Assembly: GCA_030141605.1 (NCBI GenBank)
Contig: JAQGDQ010000095.1
Location: 434,001-498,000 of the forward strand
Direction of reading: 5' to 3'
DNA length: 64,000 nucleotides
From: Tubiluchus corallicola
Lineage: Eukaryota > Animalia > Priapulida
Below are positions 43,791 through 56,223 of the stretch, in pieces (the first letter of the stretch is position 1; each line of letters opens with the position of its first letter). The notes beneath the pieces were generated by a model that searched no databases, was not told the DNA's origin, and was given only the letters and a program-made list of their open reading frames with translations. Both the position numbers and the translations under genes were made by a program.

Positions 43791-45149
43791 TGCTAGGTAA
43801 TTAGTTATAATAATTTATCTTACGTAATTCTCTAATTTGACTATTCAATCATGATTTACCGACAACAATGTTACGAAAGTGAGAAATTCCATAGTAATCA
43901 TGGCAAAGATGGGTCCACCAGAGTGCCACATCCACTCCTGAAAATATCTGCGCCACCTAAAGGCAACAGAAGAAACGTAATGCTCATTTTGCCTTTTTTC
44001 TGTGCGACTAGTTTAATCTAACAAAAACCCTCAGTCTACAACTGCCAACCATTACTATTAATGCGGTCATTATGAAAAATAAGCAAACGCATCAAGAAAA
44101 GTTTTATTCGTTGTTCACAGTTTTACTTCCCAGAGTTTTTGTTTTTCTCCAATCAAAATTTGAGAAAATGAATGGGACAAAGAAATAAAAAAATTAATGA
44201 AAGAAATGGGAAAAATATATTATTATACAATGGTGCTACCAAGTAAAAGTAAGAACACACTGTCTTCCTTTAGTATGCACTCGTATTTCTGTTACTGCAA
44301 CACCAATATTTTGTTAGTCTCCGTATCCTTTTATTAGAATTGTCTACAATATGAAATGACATAAAATTTTGCAGTGTATTCTCTGACCTCTGTTTGGATG
44401 TATAAGTATACAATCAATTATAACAACAACCCCATGCAATAACTTTGTAGGCCCTAAGAGTCTGTTTTGTTGAAAGCAAATATTTTGATTTTTTCTTTTT
44501 ATCTCACTTAATTATTCTTGCTTATAGCAGTAGCATGCCATTGTAGCCTAATCAGTGTAGCTTCAGCTACATGTGGCAGATTGTTGGACGTGCCTGCCAT
44601 TGACCAGCCTTCAGACAAAAAGGCAGCTGAGCACATATCCCTGACCTGCTGGTTTAACAACTTCAAAGTGTGAATGGGTAACCATTTCGGTAAGGAAATG
44701 CGTTAATCAACAGCTGATCTCGAAGCCGCATGAAGCCCTAGATTGAGCTACTGCCCTAGGACCCACTGGTGTAGGGATATGCGCCTATCACACACCTATG
44801 TACAGGTATAAGCAGTTATTATATTATATAGATTTATCAATTGGAAGTGCACACTACATCCTGTATGGTGACTGCTGCAACAGGTCACTATCATGGTCAT
44901 GTTGGTTTCTCTGGGCTACCAGTACATTTTCTTGCCAAGGTAGTATAGAATGTGAATTCGAGAGACATTTCTTGAGATCCCAGGACTTATTGTCCCTTGT
45001 ATGGATGTTCTAAAGGCTAAACAGCTGAAAAACAACAAATCTGCAGGCCTATATGGCATCCCAGGCAGAAATCTTGAAATATGGTGGGAGTACCCAGGCA
45101 GCGCCACATAGTCGCAATCCTGTCAGGGACTCAGGATTTTGGCAAACAA

Positions 45150-45500
45150 TGTGTTCATGAAATATTGTCGCCATGTTGACACAATTGGGGATATTTTTGT
45201 CTGTTGTTGGTTTCGCCTTGGTGGAAATACTTTATAATAATATTCGGAGAAGATTTCACCGATATTGAAAACATATGGTTTGCATATTTATCAAAAATAT
45301 TGGTGCAATAAGATGGTAATATTTTTACACAATATTAGTAAACCAGATTCAGATGAAATTTTGCGATTTTGTTGAAAAATATTGTCACCATATTGTCCAA
45401 AATACCTGCAATATTATTGCAAGTGAATTGGCACCACATTGTCAAAACATTTATAAAAAATATTGTCTCCATGTTGGTACTATGGAGGTCCAAAAATCTT
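45150..45500. repeat. Degenerate repeat with recurring AAATATTGTCNCCA motif (probable MITE remnant)
   Basis: Motif recurs near 45160, 45376 and 45458, with inverted variants. Confidence 0.4.
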
Positions 45501-46349
45501 GTCTTCATGTTTCAAAGATGTGCTACAATCAATTACAATGTGTCTTGGTTCAATTTAGATGTATAAATTTCATAGGTTACCCAAATGATGGCCACAGAGA
45601 ACGAATTAGTGTCAGATAGTGAGCAGTAAAATATATAAAATTGCAGTAAAAGTAGTTCCATTTTACAGAATCAATGCTACACTGTTATACCGTCACTGTC
45701 CGTCAGCTTGAATCTCATTTTACCATCACTGGGATATTTAGTGCTACTACAAACTACTATAATTGCTATAAATACAGATCTAAATTAATCATAATAAGTT
45801 TTTCTGTTGAATTCAGAAAACATTGCAATGAATCTTGGAGATGTACCAAGACCTGCCCATTACAGTATTAGGATAAAATTCCATCGCTAATATGAAGCTA
45901 TGTATAAACTTTTTTGTGAAACGTGCAGGTTATCAAAACGCATCGATATCTGACATGTTTATGTTAAATACATTGTCAATTTTAAACAACCACACCGGCA
46001 TTACCGAATTTGGGAACAAAATGCAGCTTAAATGACTTAATTTATCAAACACAAATTACTGCACGCATTTCCGCCAGTACATCAGAATTAATTGCCTAAT
46101 GAATTCGCTAAACTTGCGAAACTATAAATCATCGTGAATTAGACATTATACAGAAAATATTGGCATAATACAACACAAAAATGATAACTATGTACAAGGA
46201 TAAAATTTAGCTTAGGGTAAAATTTATAAAATAAGTGACTATATCATGTTCAAGTGAAGATCGTAAAACCACGCCCTCAGTCTTGACCTACGTCGTCAGG
46301 AAAGGGATTTGCTGCTCGGCAACAGCGGCAACGAAAAAGATCATTCTTT

Positions 46350-46397
46350 GTCACGTGATTATATTAGGTCACATGACCAAATAGAAGGTCACGTGAT
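46350..46397. promoter_or_regulatory. Three tandem CLEAR/M-box E-boxes (MiT/TFE or USF sites) at the ITM2 promoter
   Basis: GTCACGTGAT (46350), GTCACATGAC (46368), GTCACGTGAT (46388), ~55-100 bp upstream of the ATG. Confidence 0.75.
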
Positions 46398-46452
46398 TTA
46401 AATGCCTACCATTTTGTTTGTTGTGAATGTTTAGAATATTTTTCTGAACAAA

Positions 46453-49400
46453 ATGACTATCATAACCAAGGTTTCGCCAGAAAAGAAACTTATAAAGGAT
46501 GATAGCGATTTTATGGAAGTTGAACTTCCTGCAGAAAAGGTGATAACAATAAACCTAGATAAGATAATGCTTTGAATATATTTTAAATGACAGACATTTT
46601 TTATCTCCTAATTAACACCAGAATTACAAGGTAAACAATAAACAAGATGAACACCCTGAAGTGTGATGGAAACAATCACTACTTCAGAAAAACTTGAGGA
46701 AGTTGAGAACCTTCTAGAATAACAGTATTTTTCTTTTTTGGAGGGTAATTGCTTCCAAATTGCAAGTATGTTTGAGAGGAGAACAAAATTCAATTACAAC
46801 ACAAGTATGTATGAGTTTGATATAAACGCTGAAAGAATGCAAAGCTTATTGAAGTCACAATGGAAAAAAATTAAAAAGGCAGTTAAAAAGTATCTAGAAG
46901 TAGAAGCTTTGAAAAAGTGTGGTGATATGAAAAAACTGAGATTTATGAAAAATAGTGTGGAAAATTGGGAACAGGCAATAAATTATGTGATGGAGTGTGA
47001 TAAAAAACTGTATATGAAATTACTGAATGGGGATAAAACATGATCAAATTAAAGTGTAATTATAAGAATTAGTGTAAGGATGGTTTAATGTGTGTGAAGA
47101 GTGTGATACAACTGAACATCTGTTGAAATGTGAAGTAGCTGAAAAAGTATTTGGAAATCACGTGGTGAACGAAGAAGATCTATGTTCAGTAATAATGGGC
47201 ACACTAGTAAGAGTCAATGCATGGATCAGACAAGTGATAAAATTTAGAGAAATTATGGGGCTCAATGTAGAGGTGTAAGAACAACAGCGTGACAGGATAC
47301 AGTTTTCTTTTTTGCTTGCTCGTTTATGATGTGGATATACAGGAGCCGGATAGAAATATTAGAATAGCCGCTGTGAGTCTCCTGAATCACCTTCCTCAGT
47401 TTTACGGATGTGTTAAAGGAATTTGGAGTTGTGTTACACTACACTTTGATCTTGGCCAAAGGGTTTGTGTTACAATGTAAAATGTGATCATGTCAGCTAG
47501 TTAATAGGAAAATTACGTTTCATGTATTACTATATGACATAGACATTTTATTTATCTCTTCATTTACATCAGAATACAGTTATAGACTATTATTGCTATA
47601 GTTGTTAATTAAGCAGGATAAATTATGCATAAAGGAAAGAGTTAGGGAGTGCGGGAGAAAGGGTAGCGAAAGACCAATTGGTCGTCAAGTCAGCTGCCCT
47701 TCTCAGCTTAGTGTAAATTGTAAAAAAATCGAAAGATATGTATATAAGCATCTGCTACAGTCGTAGGTATGAAACTACGATATTATGATACGACCTTGCT
47801 AATCTTATGACATGCAAAATACTAGGATGTTTTGAATGTGTAATTTTTGCAGCAAGATAAAGCAGATTTTTGGAATCTGTAGCAATTTACTAGTGTTTAA
47901 ATAATTTAACTTTTTCTTGACACATCGCAAATAGCGAATTGTTATAAAGGGCATAACTACAAACTGACACCGTAGCTAATGGAACCCCCCAAGCTACCCT
48001 TAGTGCCCCGATTGCTTTCTTATCCTTACATGATATTACTAATTATTTTTCAGCTAGTAGAACAATCCCTTTATTTTTGGATGATCTTAAGTCCTATTGC
48101 CAAATCTGGGGTGACTTAGAAGCCAATTTATTTTACAAACTGACCTCAGTGAAATTAAAAAATGATGCAACGAATGGTCATTGCAACTGAAGAGAAGCAA
48201 ATGTTGCTCATTGCACGTGCAGAGTGAATTTCACACACCCATATTTATCAGTAATTTGAGTCAAAGGAGAGAAATCTATTATACGTGATTTGGGCCTCTA
48301 TATATCTAGTGACATAAGTTGGAACGCCCATGTGAATTGGGCTGACAATAAAAATACTTCTATTTCTGTCTGATTGCCTGGGTAATATTTTTTTTATCGC
48401 ACACCTGGCCGGGAGTTTTATAATTTTTTTGCACATTCATATACATTCATAGACACAGTCATATAAAAGTGTATTTTTGTCATTTAAAATGTAAAACGCA
48501 ATCATTATTACAACATCGTTCTTTAGGGGACACAGGATGCAGCCATATTTTTCCACGGCTAACTCTCGACCAGTGTTGCTGTTTTGTATGATGCTTATTG
48601 TATTGGAGGCGAAAAAGTATCGAATTTTCTGCCTGATTAGTGTATTAACAGCCAAGCAGTATTGCTGCTTATACCATAATTATCTGAACATACGTTCTGA
48701 ATCTGAATGTAGATACTGCAGCTTTCTTTTAAGAATGTTATTGCAGCTCGCATGCGTGGTATAAATAACACTATGTAATGTACATTTATACCATTTCTGT
48801 CGTATAATGTATTGCTGTTCTAACCTTCACTCAGTCCGAGATATGCACAACATGCAGAGATATATTATTCCACTGGATGACTGAAAGTGTTCCAAATGAA
48901 TACCTAAAACAATCATTGTTGCACTGGTAGTGTTGAAGCTTGTACTGAAGTGAATTTTGGCCTTCCAGGTAGCTCTGGTAAATAAAATTTATATAAATAT
49001 TAATATCTACACTAGCAAAGCCCCGCAAAAGATTTTGCGTAAAAAACCACTTATAATCAATAACACGCGAACATCCTACACAGTCCTCATGTATAACGCA
49101 AAGCCCGTAACATCCTGCCTACTTACCTAATGCAAAACCTGTACTCTTGCCTACTGTATGTTTAACTAACGCAAAGCAGCTTTTTGCTGAATTAAAGCTA
49201 TAAGCAATAATGGATGACGTCAGCACAATGGAATTCGTCACAACAGTTTTCTAAGAGAAAATCGCCGAAAATAGAACAGCTAATTAACTCGTCGGTACTC
49301 CTCTCGGTGGACCTGCCCTAAAATATAACCCACATCATCGTGTAGCCCTGTCCTTCCTCTTTGTAAAGAGCTATAAATCTCCTCCCGAGAGTCCCACCGG

Positions 49401-52400
49401 GCGCCGCTAGAACGTTTTTCCCGCAGGCTGTTTGGTCAAAATTTCGAGAAATTTTGAGTTGGGTCCGGGAAAACGCCCGTTGCGGGACGCCGTGGCCCTC
49501 TCGGGAATTGTAAATATGTCTACTACACCTACCGCTGAACGGGCTATCTATCCATACCCAGCACCCCCCTCGGCCCGTTCCCGTTATCTACATCTCAGCC
49601 GTATAACTTTTGCAATTTTTTGCAAAAAACGGCCATTTTGGGAGGTTTTTCGCCCCCCGTTCCTCCCGGTGGGCCCGGTTCGAAAAATAAACCATCAATG
49701 GCACGACACTAGATCGAGACCTTCCGTTTGATATATAGATCGCCGCAAATGGTGCCCTCGTCAGAGCTGTAGCCTCGAATCTTATATATATATATATATA
49801 TATACCAAGAATATTAATATAAGAGATGATGGTATAAGATTCGCTGAACCATGCACAAACGTTGTTCTTCACATGACTGTTCTAAGCTTGGCCACTTCAG
49901 AAAGTCTCGCATAGCTGTTACACTAGCATCTCTGTGATATATATTGCACACAAATCTTGCTGATCTGTTTTGCGCTCGCTCAAGTTCAAAATGTTATTGC
50001 TTCTATATGGGTTCCATACTGAAGAAACGTCTTCTAATTTTGGCCTTAATATTGGTTTGTAAGCAGAGATGTTTTCATGCCTTTGGTTACTATTTTGTGA
50101 GTACATGATCTCCAATTTAAGTATTTCAAGATTGTAACACCTAAATATTGCACCATTGAAGCCAAATTTTCTGATCCAAGTTTTATCATCCAGAGCATAT
50201 TGGTAGTTTATGACAAAAAAGAGACTATACCATAATCGATAATTATACTATAATTTTGTAATGCGAAACAAAAAACTAAAAAACAAAGCGTGAAAAAATG
50301 TGCATTGAAAAATTTAAACATTACTGCTAACCAGAAAATGGACAAACTTTGATTTCAGCTGATTTTAATTATTCCACGATTTAATTATTTCACAAACCTT
50401 TAAATTTTTTCCTTCGTCTCTACTGAAATCTTTTGAGGTCATAAGGTAAGACAGAAACAGTTTTTTGAATCTGACCGATACAATAGCTCATTCAAATCAT
50501 AAAGTTGATCAAATGTCATTTTATGATCCCATATTTCTTCAAACAAAGCTGTTGTTTGTCTCATTTTGCAATTTGCATCAGTAGTATGGTCACTGTAGTA
50601 TGTAGCTGTGTAAGATGCATTGGAGAAAACTTAAAACAGATGTATGAGGTTAGTCCTTGATGCAGATCCTCATGGATGTCCACTTTAGAACAATGTCTGT
50701 GTATAGCTGATCTTGTCAATTTTTACAATTTTGTGAAAGGACACTCAGTTTTGCAAGATTTCTTTTCAAGACCACTCAAACAACTACAAAGCCATGATTC
50801 TAATGTTTTCATTGAATATGGCCAATCCAACATCCATTTTTTTGCTTCTCAGGTGACCCATCTGTAGAACTCAGCTGATACAGTAAATGCAACATCTTTC
50901 GATAAATTAAAATAAATATGAGAAGAGAGCCTACACGCGTTGATCTCTAGGTTCCATTATAAAGAAGGTTGTAAAGAAGATTTTATTAGCTGATTACTAA
51001 CATAGAATGGCTGGATTCTGTGGTGCAATACATAAATTAATCTTCAGGTATCCTCACAAACTTTCTGCTGCTGCTACTCTAATAAACACCTATTGTTGAC
51101 ATTGAGCATCCATCTGTTATTAGAGTACTCTGCTGTTTCCTGTCTGCAGGTAACAACTCCTGTAATGCTATTGTTAAGTTTGGTCTCAGCTGTTGTAGAT
51201 TGGGGGAGGCTTACTTTACCTAAACATGAATTCAAATTGCATTTTGACTTTCAAACTCGAATTAAACTGATTTTCCAGATTTCTAATTAACCCAAGTCAA
51301 ATTTGAATTACATGTTTAAGATTTTGGATAAATTTAAAATCATTGATAAAAACAGTCTTACAAAGACCATGCTTTTTGCTTCTTTTTATTCAAAATTAGT
51401 GAAAGTACTAATAATTTATTTAGAAATAATTGTGCACAGAAATTGCAGGTAAACTATGCTGATGGTGTGATACTTTAAACATATATTAATAATAAGGAAC
51501 GTACGTAGTTCAAGTGCTAAATTATTCAAAGCCATAATTTTATGTTCGAATCGAATTTGAACTAAAAACATTTGTGTGGATCGAATTGGTATGTTTGATC
51601 ACTCGTTCTCCTATTCTAGATTTTTGTTAGTTCTTGGTGTCCATGTTGTTTTTGGTTTACTGGCAGGCTATATAGCAGGTTTCATTCTTTTGCACAGCTG
51701 CTCCTTTGAAACGATGCAAGCACTTTAAAGTATTGCTACTTGATCCGATGATTAATTTTTACATTAACGCACTTAAACACAAAAGTTTAATAAGCTAGAA
51801 TAATGGGACTTCTGAGTTACCTGCAAAACTTTTGTTACGCAAACTGACGTGTTGACTTCTAGCTTACGCCATTTTTTTAAAATATGTCCACAGCAAGCTT
51901 TCTTTAGTGGGAGATGAGAATGATTTAGATTTTTTGAAAATTACATTTGTAACCAAGGCATTTTATGTACATTATTGTGTGACAGTTTCAATATTTTTAA
52001 TTGTATATTAAAATGTAGTGAATGTCGTTTGAGTGTTGGTTTTTATTTCAATATGTTGCGACATAAAAATTTATATATTGTGGATGCGGAAGTTTATGCT
52101 GTAGCTAACTTTGCTTTGTAGGTGGATGAGAAAAATGCTGCTCCCTATCCTGACAACATTGCAGCAATAACCATTGTGCGTCGCAAGCGATATTGTTTGT
52201 TACTTTCGCTTCTCGTCTTAACAATGATAGCATTACTTGGAGTCGTCTATCTCTACAAATATATGGCGTTTGCTAGGGTAAGATTAGTCACACCTTCTAA
52301 TTTCTAGTGGCTGATTACTGATGATTAGGCACACCATTATGAAAAAACTATTATAAAATGTCACTGACTCATCATCCCTAGTGTGCATCATGGCTCACAG

Positions 52401-55400
52401 AAAACATTTCATAAATCTTATTGACAAGATACAGTAATATATAATTTTGCCTTGTAGGTGAATTGTGTACCTATGAATGCTTTGATTATGCTCTCTTATT
52501 TTATGCAATGTTTTCTGGATTTGCTTTAATTTCTTACTCAATGACAGACCATTAAAATGGCTGCGGCTAAGTGTCAGGGTGCAACTTTAAAGCTACAAGT
52601 TTTATACAACATTACTGCTAATACAAGCTCTTTGTACAGGAAGGCAGCATGTAGGTGATGCAAAACTTTAAGGCGAATTTATTGTTTTATGTAAGAATTC
52701 TCTATTTGTCCTTGAAGAAACAAGTTAGTAATGAATCAAGACTACTGACTCTAGGTTAATTTTCATGTTTATTTTGTACATGTTTCATGTGTGAATTATT
52801 ATTTTGGGTAATAAATTACTGTTGTTAAGTTTAATCCATATTATATAGTTTATACTTTAGAGCAGTAATTTAGATGAACATGAACATATTTCAATAGATA
52901 ATATTTTTAAGTAATATATGTTATTACTAAACTTTTAGTCACCTTATCGTGCAGTTTGTGGAGTTAAAAATATGGACTACGACTATGACAGTCAAGCGAA
53001 AGTTCAATTTTTGAGGGAAGAAATTGAAATGGATTTGGAGCAGGGATTGTTTTCAAAAATACAGATGCCCGATATTCCTGACGCACCCAATAATCACTAC
53101 AGCAGAGTAATTCACGACTTTGGATTGGTAAGTTACTGCATGTGCTAGTTTTTGGGATAACATTCGATCCCAGGCTGGTTTGTTTCCAGGCTCCAGCAGT
53201 GCTCTTCAGTTGCATTTGCATTTAAAATAAAAAATAATTGATATTTTTAGAAAATCATTTCACGTGTAATCATTAAAACACCTAATGTTATAACTTTTAA
53301 ATATTTACATCTCAGTGGTGATCTACACATTTTATTTGCTCTTGTAAGGCTTAGATGTATGCAATTTTATATAAAAATGTAGCTGTTCGGTCCTTTAACT
53401 TTTTTATGCACTGCAGTTTTTAAGTGCATTCTGCAAAACCTACGACGACGCCTTAGCCCGAAATGGGCGGAACACATTCGATGAAAAACATATCAAAATA
53501 TAAACACAATTTAAAAATAATATATACAGTAGTGAACAATAGAGTTCATTAACTGTGAAAAAAATCACTAATTGACTAATTGTCCTTAGGTGCTGCCTTC
53601 TTCTTCCTCTTTTCTTTTCTTTTCTCATATGCATTGGCTCTTTTCTCATTGAATTGATTACACATTTTCCATGTTGTTGTTCTCCACGATAGTCGGTCTT
53701 CTTTGCCATTCATCCAGAACTTCTCCACATTTCAAGGCGCTTTTACAAGTATCCTTGTATCTTAGCTTAGGGCGTCTAACAGGGTGTGTCCCTTCTGTTA
53801 GTTCCCCATACAGAAGAGCTTTAAAGAGGCCAGTCTGTTTAGCCATTTCGTTGTAAGCTGTAAGCAAAAGCTGCAGACCAGTAGCGGAATCACTGAAGAT
53901 CGCTGTGCTATGCCTCTCTGATGTATTCCTTGAAGACTTTGGTCTTACTTTTGAGTCTCCTGAGGTCAAATAAGTCACCGTCATATCTAAACCTGATTTT
54001 CATACTGTATTGGTGGCCTATGGTTTTGTAGGCAAGCCATAATAAAACCGCAGCATAAATACCACATAAGGTAGATGCTAATTTACACCCTATTTTTACG
54101 CCACTATTATATTCAAAAGGTTCTGTCAATTCGCTGTCAACGATGAGTCTAGCATGAACATTTGAGTACAGCTTCTTGATTATCCATATGAACTTTGGGG
54201 GACAACCAAGCTTAGCCAAAATTTTGTAGAGCAGATCCCGATTCACCGTATCAAATGCCTTGGTGAAGTCAACAAAGGCAATGTACATGTCCCTTCGTTG
54301 TTCCATTTTTCCATCAGTTGTCTGAGAGTAAAAATACCATCGATGGTGCTTCCTCCATCTCGATAACCGCATTGGGATTGAGGATATACTATTTCAGCTA
54401 GTCTTTTCAGTCTCTGTAGAAAGCTGTCGGCAAACACCTTTCCAGCAACGCTAAGGAGGGATATACCTCTATAATTGCCACACTGACTTTTGTCACCTTT
54501 TTTGAATAGTTTTATGATGTTGGGATCAGTCATGTCAGACGGGATAACTTCTGAGGTCCAGAATAAGGTGGTGATTATGAACAGGAAAGTTCTTAAGCGA
54601 ACACCTCCGTGTACAAGAACTTCAGGTAACACACCATCCGGACTAGGACTTTTACTGAGTCTGGTTATTCTTGAGTGCTTGATCCAACTCAGCTTCCGTG
54701 GTTGGTGCATCTAATGATTCATCTATAGGATTGCTGTTCAATTTCTTCCAAAATGGTTATATTTACTTCAGAAGGTTGGTTCAACAGTTCACTGAAATGT
54801 TCCACCCATCTGTCTTTAATTTCCTCAGAGGAGGTGAGAAGAACGCCATCTTTCAACCGTACTGGATGTGAACTACTGGATCTTGGACCGCAAACTTCAT
54901 GTAATGTTGCATAGAATTCTCGATGATTCTTTTCCTGTGCAAACTGCTCTGCATCATCCACTTTTTTCTGGAACCAATTGTTTTTTAAAGTTCTGATGCG
55001 GTCTCTGAGAGCCTTCCTGTTGAGTTTCTTGTCTCTCAACAGCTGCTGTATCTCTTCATCCTGTTCATCGAACTAGTCATTAGACGCTTTATTCTTCTTG
55101 CCAAAGGTGTGTTCGGCAGCTTCTTGCAGGGGAACTTCCCAGTCCTAACTGCATTCAGGTAGCTTTTCTTCAAGAAACTGTTCGAGCTTATCTCTCCTTT
55201 CCCTGATCATACAGGTATCAAGCTTCTTTGGAGGTTTCACACCTTTTTTCTTCTGCTTCAGTGTAAATTTACATTTACACACAAGTAGTCTGTGATCTGT
55301 AAAACAATCAGCTGATAAGTTTGCCTTAGTTACTGTGATATCTGTGATATGCTGTCTGGCATCCTTGTTTGCAATTACATGGTCAAGTTGGTGCCAATGT

Positions 55401-56164
55401 TTCGAACGTTTGTGTTGCCAGGTATTCTTCAGGTTATTCTTTAACTGGAACATCATTCCCATTACCGCCATTTGGTATCTGATACAGAACTCAAGTAACA
55501 CTAGTCTATTAGAGTTCATGTTTCCAACGCTATGTTTCCCGATCACTGAGGGCCAAGACGCCCATTCTTTACCAACACGAGCATTCAGGTCACAAAGAAC
55601 TATAATATTATCACCTTTTGCATTATCTAAGCAATCTAATTATCTAAAACCTAGAATAGCATATTTTCATTATTCTGTAGACTGTAGCTGGGAGCCTGGG
55701 GCTCACCAAAATTGTTGCCAGTAATTCTCGCCTTAACGGTCCCGTACATCACTCCTATTGTTTACCTTGAAAGAGTTTTCACAAAATGGATGCTATATTT
55801 TAAACTTAATAAGTTTTCAAGGTATTGTAATTTTTACTGCTCGCATGCAAGAAGCATTTTTCATTGATGACAGAATTAGCAAATTGACCTACTGAATATT
55901 ACAAACCATGTATTGCTTGTGACCAATACAAAATTTATTGCACACGTGTATGTACTCTTGATAACGAGAATTATGCTGCGGTTGCACCATGCACTGTTGT
56001 TCAGAACATTACCTCCTCTTTTTTCACCATATTATACATTACAACTTAAAAGGAAATCACATTTTAATTTTTAACACACACGCCCACGCATGCACGCACA
56101 CACACACATATACGTTAAACGTTAAATTTATGTTTAATTATGTGCTTTAATAAAATTAGTATAA

Positions 56165-56223
<59 letters not shown>

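Noticed and set aside
44323-44332. Perfect U12 donor GTATCCTTTT on the + strand
   Set aside because: Intergenic, with no upstream exon or U12 branch site found; compatible with chance.
44916-45107. RPADL motif suggesting an RLE-type retroelement endonuclease
   Set aside because: Too short and degraded to support a call.
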